Positions 36,970 to 49,462 of a stretch of DNA of 64,000 nt are shown piece by piece (position 1 is the stretch's first letter; each line of letters starts with the position of its first letter). Below the pieces are notes generated by a model. The model did no database searches and was not told the origin of the DNA. It saw nothing but the letters and a program-made list of their open reading frames with translations. The position numbers and the translations under genes were made by a program. Source of the stretch: Rebecca billardiae RCC1528 (taxonomy: Eukaryota > Protista > Haptophyta); assembly GCA_965240325.2 (NCBI GenBank), contig OZ251228.1, forward strand, positions 1,054,001 through 1,118,000, given 5' to 3'.

Positions 36970-38928
36970 TAGGTGGGTCCCTCCCAACTGGGGCGATATT
37001 CTGGCGCACTCAGAATGGCGTCCTAGATTTCGTCTCTCACCCAGAATCGACGCTATAAATGCGTCCCATCGGGGCGGAGCAAAAGTTTCGACCTCAAATC
37101 CTACTCCGCGTGCCGTCGCGCGGCCGAGCGCGCGCGCGCCGCGCCATTAGTGTCACATAGAGATTTTGCGAAGCGTTACTTGATGGTTATGGTGGCTAGA
37201 TGGCGACATGCGATCGAAATGACTTATTGGCAACCGTCGACACCCGACCGAACCATTTTATGAAGCAAAGAGTGGGGCTCTATGCTGTGCGCGGATACCT
37301 CCAACAAACTACAGCAAGATCGAGCAGATTACCCACTTTGTATATAGCCAATTACCCGTATATATAACGACGGTTACCCACTTTATATTGACCATGGATG
37401 TGGCTCACTATATATTCAAATTCGTTCCGATATGTGGGTACGTTTGTTGGGTCATCGAATAGGCGCCGAGCGACGCGGACACAGGCAAACCGGGCCGCAA
37501 CGGGACTGCCTGCGAGTGGCAGTGTTTGTGGCGGGCTGCGTGCCGAGGCACGCATCATCGCCCGCCACCGAGCATGTCACCGTCGTCACACGGGAGCCCT
37601 CCGCCGTCGAGGCTGGACTATCACTTATCAGCCAACGCCACCGCCGGAGCTTGCCGCGCTCGGCGGCTTCCGTGCTCATACTCAGCGTGTCACCGGTCGT
37701 CGTATGCCCACCCGCGTGAGGCCGCCACCAGTCCACGACTACCGCAGCTGCAGCCCATGCCGTGGACGATACCTCCTACAATCTTCTTGCCAGGCAGCAA
37801 TACGATAGGTTCACCGACGCTGCTGCTAGGCTGAGAGCACTCAGCCAGTTGGCCGGCGAGACGTCAGATGGTTGAGCTGCTGGCCTAGCCATCACGTTGC
37901 GGCTTCCGCTCGCTCAAGTACACCCAACGTGACGACGAGAACGTGCCGGGCAATCATCAGACATGCGTCTGAGGGGTCTACCACGCCTAGCCGTAGATTT
38001 GCTGAGTACGAGTCTTCGCAGATAACAAGCGGAACGAGTGGGACCACCCGATGGCAGGAGCAACAGCGTGGGGTGGCACCCGCGCCTGTCAACGCGACCG
38101 AGTTCTGTCAAGAATGGACCCATATCCTGCGACCACGCTCGAGCACCGCATATTATGCCCACACTCAGCATAGGGAAGGATCGCTGAGCGCCTGCTGCCG
38201 CTGTCAAAGGCCCTGCTGATCTTCCTGGCGCTTGATCGTGCACACGGATGGCAAGTCAGCGTGCTCGATGCACATCGCGGCGGCTTCTTAGCATCCCAAG
38301 TCCTCAGTGCACCCATCCCAGGCCTGCTGGTCGATGATTGGTACCAACCCCCACCAAACACGCCCTCTCGGAAGTCGCCAATCGCTCACATGGCTCCCCG
38401 AGAGCCCGGGGCTGGCTGTCGTGCGTTCTCACGAGCAGCTTGCGCGCAGCCCAATTGTCACCTTCACGGTGCGTAGAGCTGCTCAAGATGGCGGGAGCGT
38501 CAAGAGTATGCACATGCCTGATGGTGACCCATGCCTCCCGTCGCCTGACCCGCTTGTAGCGAAAAGTGACCCTGCTCGAAGGCACGGGTCGAACACCTGC
38601 CGATCGATTCAAGTTGTCTGTACGCGTCTAGCCGGGCGAGAGTCAAACATGCCGGCCCGTGCCAGGCGGGGGATGTGTGACCACGGATCCCATCCGTGAG
38701 CACGCGCAAAGCGCTGGAGCGCGCGATAGGTGTTGGCAGTAGTCTACCCGACACACGGCGGCTCGGTCGCGCTGGAGAGGCGCTCCGACATCGTCGGGAG
38801 CGTTCAGATCGGGTCTCGGCCGGCGGCCCGGCGATTTTCCCGAGCCGCGCCCCGCGCGAAAAGAAATCCGGCCATAAAACCCGGTAAATGTTTAAAAGAC
38901 CGCTGGAAAATCGCCAGGGACCCACCTA
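36970..38928. mobile_element. Putative non-autonomous or decayed TIR DNA transposon (~1.96 kb)
   Basis: The left end TAGGTGGGTCCCT(cccaactgg)GGCGATATTC pairs with the reverse complement of the right end, TAGGTGGGTCCCTGGCGATTTTC. Direct repeat TATATAG flanks it at 36963-36969 and 38929-38935. The interior is lower in GC and has no long ORF. Confidence 0.65.
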
Positions 38929-39174
38929 TATATAGCTTACCGGATTAGGATGACGCTGATTATGAATATGATGCGATTTATCTTATGGCGCACGCCCCCC
39001 CTGTAAAAGGTCTGACTCTGAGCGTGAGCGAAAGCCGGGGGGGCGGCGCACGTGCTGGCCGCAAAATATCAAAAAGTGGATGCGCGCAGGATTTTGGGGT
39101 TTTTTGTAGGCGCGGATTTAGGTGTGAAAAGCGCACTGCCGTTTGAGACCATATCGCTGCCAATGATGAATGAT

Positions 39175-40003
39175 TAGGGTGTGGGGGCAACACGGCAAAG
39201 TCCGCGCTAACGTTAGAGAAATTTTAGATAGGCGGGATCCGGCCCTATTTGAGCTCTAACGTGGGCCTCGCTCCGGAGGGCCCAGGTCGCGCTTACGAGG
39301 CCGGGGAATCTGGCTCTGTAAGGGCTCGCCGTAACGTTAGCTCCCCTAAGTGGGAGATCGCGTCGCCGCGACCTTTGATTCGCGCCGCGGCGCCGCAAAG
39401 GGCGCACGAGGACAGCTCGGCTCGCTGGCGCAGCGCCGCACGGAGGCGCGCGCGCGCAGCTCGCGAGTGCGCGCGCGCGCGTTCTCGCGCGTTCCGCGTT
39501 CGTCGCACGAGAAGAAGTCTTCGCGTTCGCGGCGCCTTCGTGCGACCAGAAGCCGACGTGGCCTACGTCGTGCGCTCTTGCGTGCGTGCCGGTGTGCCCG
39601 GCAAGCGTTGCGTGCGCGCCGTGCGCTCGCCGCGCTGGTGCACTCCTTGGAGAGCGCGCGGTTGGCGGGTCGCGCGAGCAGGGTGCCGTGCGTAGCGCTG
39701 CGAACGACTGGAGCTACCGCGGTCCGCACCCCTGCACGTCAATGAAAGCGCCAAGGTGGCTGAGCGAGCGCTGGCCCTCGCACGCGGTGGCGATGGTTCT
39801 TCTGGGCACCCTCGCCGCGTTTTGAATGCCGAGATTCAAATCTCTATAACGTAACAAAAGCGACCGTGCCCCCAGTCCCCACCCTCATCCACGCTTTCCT
39901 TGGTAGGCTTCCGGCGGCTTCCGCTTACGTTTTCATATTCACCGGACAAATATAGATCCTAACGTTATTAGCGCGGACTTTGCCGTGTTGCCCCCACACC
40001 CTA
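39175..40003. mobile_element. MITE-like element, 829 bp, with perfect 36-bp terminal inverted repeats
   Basis: TAGGGTGTGGGGGCAACACGGCAAAGTCCGCGCTAA at 39175-39210 and its exact reverse complement at 39968-40003. Subterminal TAACGT motifs occur at 39208, 39257, 39332, 39847 and 39960. No transposase ORF. Confidence 0.85.
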
Positions 40004-40049
40004 TTGGCTAATAGCCTGATTGCGTTTGTTATAATTGTTTATTGTTTGT

Positions 40050-40098
40050 ATCTCGCCTGCCTGAGAGCTCTGTGTGCGTCTCTTATTCTTAGTAAACT
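40050..40098 (+). repeat. Dispersed ~45-bp repeat, copy 1 (copy 2 at 52336-52380)
   Basis: ATCTCGCCTGCCTGAG(AGCT)CTGTGTGCGTCTCTTATTCTTAGTAAACT is identical to copy 2 except for a 4-bp indel. Confidence 0.85.
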
Positions 40099-40427
40099 CA
40101 GTACTGCCCCGCCTTATAACTTTATAATAGCCTTAGGATGATAGTAAGTATTAGAATAATATTAAATCGAAATCAAATAGGACAAAAGTCTGAGGGTGGT
40201 GTGAGTCGCTGTAACTAATAATGAAGCCTGCCTTGAAGGGCGCGGACGAGTCGGAGTCGTTCAAGGACAAGAAGTCTTCAGTCAAGAAGTAGTCCGGATT
40301 CGATTCGTCGTCTCCGCTGCCACCCTCGTCGCAGCCTCATCGCCGATCGCGCCTTGGTACCGCTCCAGCTCCTGTGCGCGCGCCGCTCCAGGTGTAGTCG
40401 CCGCGCATCAGGCACAGAGTTTCATCG

Positions 40428-41864
40428 TCAGAGCTCGACCGTCGGCACGTGCGCGACCGCCCCGTACTTGTCCTGCGAGTACTTCTTGCGCACAGCGGAG
40501 AGGCTGTTCTTCGGCGCCGCCTTCGCGATCGCGTTCATGTCCTTCATGCATGGCAGCAGCGTCGCCTCCGGATAGCACGTGTGCGTCTGCATGGCTGACG
40601 ACTGCGCGGAAAAGCCGGGCACGCGTGGTGCACAACGCGCGAGTGAGTCGGGTGCTGGGTCGACCGCGGCGCGAGCTTTCGCGGTGCGGGCAGCGCGCAG
40701 CACGCACCCAACTTCCTTGCCGCAGCATCTTTTGCGCGAGGCACACCGCCGACGCCGCGATCACCGACGGCAGGTACTTCAGCATGCGGTACTCCTGCAG
40801 CGTGAGCTCAACGAGGTAGGTGCACAGCCGCTCCTCCCTGCCCTCGTCGTGGTGCAGGAAGCCAGCCACCTTGACAAAGCGCTTCAGGAACGCAAACGCT
40901 GATGGCGCCGTCACGTTGAAGTTGAGCATGCCCAGCATGTTCGCCTCCATCTTGAGGATCTCCTCGCGCGAGTAGGCCTTATCCGAGATGTAGACGAAGT
41001 CGCGCACCTCGGGCGCGTAGATCTCTTCGTACTTTGAGGCGATGAACATGGCGGTGACGCCGACGAGCTGCAGCTTGTTGCGCTGGATGCTCTTCTTGGA
41101 GAGGAAGCGGTCGATCAGGTTGACGGTCACGTACATCGTCTCGGGGACGAGCTTGAACTTGAGGTGCACCTCGATGAGCCAGTCGATGAGAATTGCGCGC
41201 ATCTTCTCGTTCACGTCTGCCTGCTGCGCCATGTACGTCGGTGGCGCCAGATATTTGCTCTGCACAGCACATAGCAGCCAGGGGCGGCGAGCGAGCGCGG
41301 CGCGTGTCACAACCGCGCAGCGTTGGGCTGCACTGCACACGCCCATGGTGCGCATGGGTGCGGGGGCCTGAGCGGTGCGCCACACCTCAGTCTCACGGAG
41401 CACCCGCATGATGTCCTTGATGTACGGCACGGCGTACTGCGCGTTGCCCGCATCCGCGAGGTCGATCGGATCTGGCGCCTCGCCCGCAAACGCGCTCTCG
41501 CCCAGCTTCACGCCGCGCATGGTCGAGTCGATGTGCGCGAGCTTGGGGTTGAGCCCGCCGAGCGTCTTGCCCCCCTCGGCTCCCGCTAGGCTCTTCTGCG
41601 AGCCGAGAAAACCTCCCATCTTCTGCTTGCCCCCCCAGCCACATGCGAGATGTGCGCGTGTGCGCGACGCGCGCAGTGGACACATGTCAGCCCGCGGCGC
41701 GCGCATCGCTCCACGGTGGCACGCAAGGGCTCGCAGTGTGCCGGAGGGCGCGCGCTGCAACGCACCGATCCTCGCTTTGTCCCCTGCGCATCGCTCGCGC
41801 CCGTCCTATTCGAGATGTCGCCGAGCGCGCGGCGCGTCACAGGTGGACCTCCAAAGGATGTCAT
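40428..41864 (-). CDS. CCNB: Mitotic B-type cyclin, ~353 aa, 4 exons (41864-41766, 41622-41386, 41259-40708, 40601-40428)
   Basis: N-terminal destruction box RRALGDISN; cyclin box MRAILIDWLIEVHLKFKL...KLQLVGVTAMFIASKYEEIYAP; C-terminal AVRKKYS. Three phase-0 GT-AG introns restore one reading frame. Confidence 0.93.
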
Positions 41865-42270
41865 TGCGTGAGATGCGAGGAGGCCGTTGAGGAGGACTGT
41901 ACTGCGTGGGCGTGGGACGCGGGGGCGAGGGAGAGCGTGGATGGCCACAGCAGATGAGCTCACCGCATTGCCACGCAAGGGGTGCGCTGGCGTCGTTCAC
42001 AGGTGCGTGTCCGCGGGCGTGGCCGTCGCGCCGCGCACGCACCACACGCCCGAGATGGAGCTCGTCAAGTTGGTGTTCGAAGGCCAACAAACGTTTCAGT
42101 TTGCCACGCCCGAGAGCCCGTTTCATCATCGCACTTATTCGTCAAAGTTCACTAGCTATATTATTCTAGTTCAGACTTTGAGCGGGTAAATCCACGGCCC
42201 AGCAGCTGCCCCGGACGCGCTGCCCAGGCCGGACTCTGCGCGACACCTTCAGCCCACCCGCACGGCGAAA

Positions 42271-42660
42271 ATGATGGCGCTACGCGGCGCGCTGTGGCGT
42301 GCGCTGTGCAACCCCACTGCGTCTCTCGTCGGGCCGATCCGGCATGCGACAAAAGCGGCGGCGGGCGCGTCGAAAAACGGCCGGGATTCAAACGCCAAGT
42401 ACCTCGGCACCAAGCTCTTCGGTGGGCAGGTGTGCAAAGCGGGCAGCGTCATCGTCAGGCAGCGAGGCTTCCGGATTCATGCGGGCGAGCGTGTCGGCGC
42501 AGGACGCGATCACACACTTTTTGCACTCGTGCCGGGCTATGTCCACTTCTCCTACGACAACCGCAAGAAACGAAAGTTCGCCCATGTCTTCCCCACGCGC
42601 GAGAACCCACTGAAACGGCCTCCACGTGTGCGCACGGCGGCGCCATGGGGATCAGAGTGA
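42271..42660 (+). CDS. MRPL27: Organellar (probably mitochondrial) large-subunit ribosomal protein bL27 with N-terminal presequence
   Basis: [43 protein letters not shown]...[18 protein letters not shown] is the L27 signature. It is preceded by an Arg/Ala/Leu-rich, acid-free leader. Confidence 0.92.
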   Translation: MMALRGALWRALCNPTASLVGPIRHATKAAAGASKNGRDSNAKYLGTKLFGGQVCKAGSVIVRQRGFRIHAGERVGAGRDHTLFALVPGYVHFSYDNRKKRKFAHVFPTRENPLKRPPRVRTAAPWGSE

Positions 42661-43004
42661 TGGCGGCAGCCTCCAGGCTGGCACGGAGCCCTCGAGATTC
42701 CCGCCTTCTTCCCTCGCGGACAAGATAATGGCCGCATCGGTGGTACTCGCCGAAAGTTGATGCCTGGATTCGCGCCCTGCGAACACTACGGAACAGCAGC
42801 ACGCCAGAGCAGTCCCGTAACGGAGCCCGCGAGTAATCAGTAAATCATGCGAGGCTGTGACTGATTACGGTGATTCTGTACTAGCTAAGCATAGCTCAGC
42901 TCCCTGTGAGTCGGCCTGTGAGTCGGTGACCGTGACGACTGACGGGTACGGGGCGGCGCCGCCCGATGATCCGCCTGAGCATGCATCACAGTCTAAATTA
43001 GAAT

Positions 43005-43040
43005 AATTATAAGTTATATATATATATATATATAAATAAG
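43005..43040. repeat. (TA)n microsatellite / AT-rich island between convergent genes
   Basis: TTATATATATATATATATATAAATAAG in otherwise GC-rich DNA. Similar islands occur at ~34449-34463 and ~56720-56760. Confidence 0.8.
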
Positions 43041-43294
43041 GCGGCGAACTACTCGGCGCGCTGTCCGACGGGCACTGCTCGGTGAGACTGAGACTGATAG
43101 TGATAGTGTCTGATTGCGGGCAGATTACTGCTCATTTACTGATGAATACTGTCGTGAGACGAGTGTCCACGCCAGCGGCTCAGTCAGCCTGCTCATATTA
43201 GTGATATTGACTCATCGGATGATCATCGCGGCGCCCATCCGATCGCCATCGGTAGCTACTATGACTAGTCATAATCCGCGTCAAGTGTGGCCGC

Positions 43295-45073
43295 CTACTG
43301 CCGCTGCCGGGATGCCTGGTAATTCGCGGCAAACTCGCGCAGGAAGTCGCGGAAGCCGACCGGGCGCTGCTGGGTGGGGAGCGTGCTGCCCGGCGCGCTT
43401 GTCACGTGCTGCACATAGGTGGCGACCAGCTCGGGCGCGCACCCAAGTGCGGGCAGCGCTGAGTCGGCCAGGAAGGCGGTGTACTGGCTGCCAAGCGCCG
43501 TGTACAGCGCCTGCTGCCCGCTCGCGAGCGCCTCGATGAGCTGCAGGCACGATGCGTCCTTGAGGTTGAGGTACGGGTGCAGCAGTGCCTGCACGTACGC
43601 AGGCGCCACCTGCCCCAGCGCATACGCGTCGAAGCCCGGGATGGGCGTGTGCGCGTCCGCGCCATCGTCGTCCGCGCGCGCGGCTGAGCCGTTGGTCGGC
43701 CCTGTCGCCCACAGCTCCACGAGCTTGTGCAGCGCTGCCACGGCCTGCCGCTGGATCTGCGGGTCGGGCGCATCGACGCAGCCCTGCAGCACGCGCCGCG
43801 CCGCGCGCGGAGGGCGGACGCCGAGGCACTTGCGCGTGAGAGTCGCACGTGGGCACGACAGGGCACCAGCGCGCGCACGCCGCGCCGACCGATCGAAGGG
43901 CCGCGCGCAGGGCCGCACCTTGACGAGCACGCCGAGGAGCGTGTCCATCGAGCCGCGATTGCTCGGCGCGACAAGCGCCGCCGCGAGCCCGTTGTGCACG
44001 AGGCCGTGCACAAACGAGTGGTAGTAGCGCAGCAGCAGCACGCGCTCGCGCTCCTCCTCCGAGAGGGGCGTGCCCGTCGGCAGCGCGCCCGGCAGCGGCG
44101 CGCCGATCGAGTCGAGCAGACGCGCGGAGATCTGCGCGCGGGTGCGACGGGCGGCGCGGGGAGAGGGCGCGTGAGCGTGGGCGCGTCAGCGGGCCCAAAG
44201 GAGCGGCGCACGCGCACAGCGGTGCAGGCGCGCAGCGGCCGGCCGACAGGCAGGCGCTCGAGCAGAGCGCGCACGTGAGGCAGCAGCTCGACCATCTGCT
44301 CGTGGCAGCGCGCCTTGAACTTGGTGACGAGCTGGTTGACGAGCGTGACGACCTCGTGCAGCTCGGCGCCGTCCGTGCCCTGCAGCAGCCCGGGCACGGC
44401 CGCGCGCGCAAACGGGAGCACGCGCGCGCCGAGGCACTCGACCATGCGGTGCAGCAGCATCAGCACGCGCCCGCGCAGCTCGGCGGCGCGCGGCAGGACG
44501 GCCGCCGTCTGCAGCGCCGCCTCGAGCGCCGCCTCGAAGACGTGCGCGACTGGCTGCGCGTGTGCGTGCGAGAAGCCCTTCGAGAGCGTGCCCAGAGCGC
44601 CCACAATGTGCGCCGAGCGGCACACGCGCGCGGCGGCGGCCGACGCGGCCGCCTCGTCCTCGCCGCCGCCCCCTGCGCCGCCGGCCGCCGGCTGCGGCTG
44701 CGCCGCCTGCCCGTCCGCGCTCAGCTGCTCGGCGCGCACGAGCGAGAGCGCCTGCGAGAGCGGCTGCAGCAGCAGCAGCAGCAGGCGCGCTGACACGTCG
44801 GCTGGCGCCAAGCCACCGCCGAGCAGCACGCCCGCCGTCTCAAACAAGTGCATCTGCTCGGCCGCACTCACGCGCAGGCCGCCCTCGCCCTCCGCCGCGC
44901 TCCCGTTCGGTGCCGGGCCGCCGAGCTCCGCGGCCGTGGCTGCGCTGAGCTGCTGCTGCGAGGCCTCGTCCTGCAGCGGCTCGGCGAGCATCGGCGCCTG
45001 CATCGACAGCAGGATCGTCTCGACGTACGGCTGCAGCGCCTGGCGCGCGCTGCCGGATGCGACGCTCGAGTCG

Positions 45074-45115
<42 letters not shown>

Positions 45116-47037
45116 CCGCCCGTGCCCGGTCCGCCGCCGGCGCCGCTGGCCGCGCCGCTCGGCGCGGGCGGCGCCATGCTCTGATGCATCGCCTTGACGA
45201 AGCGCAGCAGCAGGTAGCACACCCGCCCGCGCACCTCCGCGTCGGCGTTGCCCAGCCCGCGCGCGTCGCACAGCGCCTGCAGCGCGGGCCCCACAAACTG
45301 CGGGCGCGAGGTGAAGAAGCGCACGTACCGCACGAGCAGCTCGAAGTAGAGCGTCTGCACCGCGCGGTGCGGGTACGCGGAGAGCGTCGAGGCGCACACG
45401 GCGACGAGCATCCGCGTGAAGTGCGAGTCGTCCATGCGGAACGCCGCCTCGGGCAGCCCCTCGCCCAGCTGGTACAGCAGGAAGAGCGCGCACTCGGCGT
45501 GGGCAAACGGCACGTCCGCGCACCCCTTCACGACGCCCTGCACGAGCTCGCACGTCAGCTCGAGCGTGCGCTCGCGGTCGACGCGCGCGGCGGCCTTGAA
45601 GAGCGTGGCGAGGTCGCGGCGGTACGCGTGGAACTCCTCCTCCGGCTCGTCCGGCTCGTCGAAGCTGTACTCCGGCGGGTAGCACATGCGGCGCGTGAGC
45701 GCGAGCAGCAGCTGGCCGAGCGTGTTGGCGTGCGCGCCGAGCGCCTGCGCCGACAGGTTGGCGCGGCGCAGCCGGCCGAGGTACGCGTTGAGGAAGGGCA
45801 CGGCGACGTGCGAGGTCTCCTGCTCGTCCGAGCCGAAGCACGCGAGCGCGAGCGGCAGCGCCTCCTGCAGCGCGCTGTACGCGTCCGCGGCCTGCTGCGA
45901 GTCGGACGGCAGCTTGTCCCAGCACTCGAGCAGCTCGTCGCACAGCGTCGACACGAGCGTCGCCAGCGCGAGCGACGGGCGCGCGGCGCCGCCACGGCCA
46001 TCGGCGGCGTCGAGGTAGGCGGCGAGCGTCGGCGTCAGCCGCAGCGCGCGCAGGTGCGCCAGCTTCGGCGCCGGCTCCATCCCCTTGAGCACGAGCTCGC
46101 ACAGCACGCCGCACGCCTCCGCGTGCAGCCCCTCGCGCGGCACAAAGCCGAGCAGCATCGGCAGCAGCCGCTCGTTCGCCACGAGCGCGATGTCGATCCA
46201 CGGCACGTACAGCCGCAGCGCGTAGAGCGTCTGCGTGGCGAGCTCGACGTGCGTCCCCGCCGTCGCGGTGCGCATCAGGATGGCGTACCACGCCTCGACG
46301 ATGTGCGCCATGCACTCGGCGCGCATCGTGTCCTTGATGCGCGTGCTGATGGGCAGACGCTCGGGCGTGCGCGCGCCCGATTCGGCCGAGAGGACCTCGT
46401 CGTGCAGCGTGGTGAGCACGCGCAGGAACATGTCCACGGCCACGCCGCCCTGGTTCAGGTAGTTCAGCAGCGACGCGAAGAAGCCGCGCCACCGCTCGGG
46501 GTAGTCCACCTCGACCATCGCGATCAGCAGCTGCGCGAGCTTGTTCTGCGCGCGCGCGGGTGGGCGCGCTCGCGGGCGAGCGCGGCGGGCGTCAGGCGTG
46601 GAGCGCGCGGAGCCCACGCACGGGAAGAGCGCGCAGCGGCGCGTGCAGCGCAGCCAGGCGAGCACACTGCGCCGCACGCCGCGCCGCGTGTCGCTCGGGG
46701 CGAGCGCTCGCGCGCGCACCTTGATGAACGGCGGCTCACTCGCAGACACGCGCTCCAGCCACGCGAAGACGGCGGCCTGCAGGCGGTTCACGTCCTCGGC
46801 GACGAATCGCGCGTACTGGCCCTGGTGCACCACCTCGCACAGCGCCTGCAGGCACCAGAACTGCACCTCGACGTGCTGCGTGTGCAGCAGCCCGTCCAGG
46901 CAGAAACGCCACCCGCCGTCCGCCTGCTTGAGCTGGGTGAGCGAGGTGAAGGCGGCGTGACGGTAGCTCGCGTCGATCGACTGGTTGAACGAGGCGAGCA
47001 CAGCCTGCTCGAACTGCTCGCGCGTGGCCTCGTCCAT
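43295..47037 (-). CDS. XPOT: Exportin-T (tRNA exportin; Los1/PAUSED orthologue), ~1096 aa, 4 exons (47037-46720, 46545-44275, 44131-43919, 43783-43295)
   Basis: Importin-beta-like HEAT protein with motifs PPFIKNKLAQLL...DYPERWRGFF, RIKDTMR, YVPWIDIALVAN, YFELLVRYVRFF and VRGRVCYLLLRFVK, typical of exportin-T. Three phase-0 GT-AG introns. Confidence 0.9.
45076..45108. repeat. (GCC)11 coding microsatellite, poly-Gly insertion in exportin-T
   Basis: Eleven uninterrupted GCC units. Confidence 0.9.
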
Positions 47038-47400
47038 GGACTCCTACCTCCACCGCCACTGCGCATGCGCGTCACGCAGCCATGCTCCTCCGCCCTCGCC
47101 GTCCGCTCTGCAGCTCGCGGAGTCCGGGGAGCACGCAAGCCGGCAACTCTCAACTCGGCAAGCTGAAAGCGACTGGGCAGCCGGCCGCCCAGGCTGCTCA
47201 CCAGCAACTCGACACAAGGCAGGTGCGGAGAGGCGAGTCCGAGGCGCTCTTCGAGCCGTGCGCGAGGCGTGCGAACGCGCCCGCCCGAGCGTCGGCGCGC
47301 CCCCCGGAGGGGTTTCGAGCGCAGGGCCGCGCGCTGCCGTCACAACCGCGGCCGACAACGGCAGCTTCGCCCGCCGCCACTGCTCACGAGTCAGGCGCGC

Positions 47401-49462
47401 ATGGGGTCGGAGAGCGTGCGGCAGCACGCGGACGCGCTCGTGCGCGAGTACCTGGCGCGCAACGGGCTCAAGCAGACGCTCGAGGCGCTCGACGTCGAGC
47501 GGCCGCGCGACGAGCACACGCTGAGCTCGCGAAGCGCGACCGCGCGCGGTCTGAAGCTCGAGCGCCTCGTCAAGCGCAACAAGGAGCGCGAGCCGGCGCT
47601 CGGCTCGCTGCTGGAGATGGTCGTGGAGGCGCTGCTGCTCAACGAGCGACACCTGCGGGTGGACGCGCGCGAGCCCGCTGGGCCGGACGCGGGGAGTGCC
47701 GCCGTGGTACCGCCGCCCCACGTGCAGCCGCCGCCGCCGCCGGCGGCGTCAGCGTCCATGGCCGCCGCCGATAGGCTGCGCCCTGCGAGCGCTGCGCCGA
47801 CTGACGGCCGACACGCTCGGCACGTCGCAGAGGGGCACGGCGACCTCGGGACTGGCGCCACACCGCGCGGTGGCGTGCTCAGCGATGGGTATGCTCCCCA
47901 TCAGCCGGCGCCACCGCGTGCCGCCCCTTGCGCGGGCCCGCCGGACGCGACGTCATCGGCCTCGGTGCGCACGGATTGGGGCACGCAGCACGCTCGCGCC
48001 GCGGGCAGCGGCACGGGGCGCGCGACCGCGCTGAGCGGCACGTTGCTCGTGGAGGAGGACTTCGACGAGGACGTGGATGGCGCGGACGTCGTGCCTGCTC
48101 GTCGCATCGGCACGTTGGCCGACAGCCCCACGCCGAGCGCCGCGCTCAGTGCCGGCGTGCGCGGCGCTCTGCGCCAGTCTGAGCTTGGTGCACGGGCGGC
48201 AGAGGCGCTCAGCACGCTCTTCCACGGGCGTGCGGGCGCGGAGTGGATGGCCTCGTGGGTGCGGCAGGGCTTTGGGTTCACGAGCGTGCGCGCACTTCCT
48301 TTCGGCCTCTACCAGCACCGCGGCGGCACGTGTGGTGTCATCGCCGCGGTGCAGGCGCTCACGCTGCGGGAGATGTGCTTGCCGGGCTCGGTCGCTGGCG
48401 TCGCGAGTGGGGCCGCCGCCGTCAACCCGCTGCATGCCACGCCCCCCGAGCGCGACGAGGCCCTCGCCCGCGCGATCAGCGGGGCGCTGTGGCGCATCGC
48501 CGAGGAGGCAAGCGCCGCGGCGCCGCGCGCGTGCCTGGTGCAGTTTCCGGGGCGCATGGTCCTCCCGCCTGCGCGCGAAATGGGGCGTGAGGCGAGCGTG
48601 CTCGAGTTCGACACGCTCGCAGACCTGCAGGCATGCGTGCGCGATAGGCTGCCGTACCTGCAGATGCCAGACGGCGCGGGAGTGGTCGCCTTCGCCTTCT
48701 CGTGCGTCATGAGCGCGGGCGGTCCGGATCGCGTTCGTGAGCACATGGACAACACAGGCGCGCCCTGCACGCTGCTCGGCGCGCACGGGTACTGCACGCA
48801 GGAACTCGTCAACCTCGTCCTGGTGGGGCGTGCCTGCTCCAACGTCTTCGACGGCGTGCAGGTAGGCGCGCGTGCTCCGGGTTGCCCTGGTGTGTGCGCA
48901 GCGTACAGCGCGCTCAGTCGGCCCGGCGCGTGTGCGCTGCGTGTGCACGCGCGCTCACACGTGCAGGACCTGGATGGGATGAAGATGCACGGCGTGACGC
49001 GCCGGTCGCCAGTCGGCCTCCTGTCACTCTTCGAGCACTACGGCCACGTCATCGTGGGCGAGAATCTCAAAAGCCCGTCGATTCCCGTCTGGCTGTGCTT
49101 CATGGAGTCACACTACACCGTTGTCTTCTCGCCGAACGCGCTGCCTAACACGCCGAGCGCCGCATTCGACCTGTACTACTACGACATGCTTGCGAACCAG
49201 GTGCGGCGCCCGTCGCATGTGTATGCGCCACGCGCGTGCGCGTGCGCTGGCCGCACGTGCGCGCTGACTCGCGCTGCCGCGCTGCCCATCCACCGGGTTG
49301 GCGTCGGCCGCTCAGGACGAGATCATCCGGCTGACGCTGGACCCGAGCAAGCCACAGGCGGAGTACAACGGGAACGACCTTGTGCCGCCACTCGAGCACA
49401 CGCTCCACACAAAGTGGAGTGGCGCGCACGTGTCATGGAATGGCACGGACCCGCTGTTGTAG
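47401..49462 (+). CDS. MINDY4: MINDY-4 (FAM188B)-like deubiquitinase, ~613 aa, 3 exons (47401-48861, 48967-49200, 49316-49462)
   Basis: N-terminal LVREYLARNGLKQTL...ERPR; catalytic QHRGGTCGVIAAVQA and ESHYTV; HGYCTQELVNL; SNVFDG. The spliced C-terminus reads DEIIRLTLD...DLVPPLEHTLHTKWSGAHVSWNGTDPLL. Confidence 0.9.

Noticed and set aside
40221-40292. 23-codon ORF MKPALKGADESESFKDKKSSVKK
   Set aside because: Too short, no recognisable motif, and it lies in TE debris near the cyclin 3' end.
41883-41893. MSA-like (AACGG) mitotic promoter element upstream of cyclin B
   Set aside because: A single imperfect match only ~20 bp from the ATG; expected by chance.
42055-42189. 44-codon ORF MELVKLVFEG... 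between cyclin and bL27
   Set aside because: It occupies the shared divergent promoter region and has no recognisable homology.
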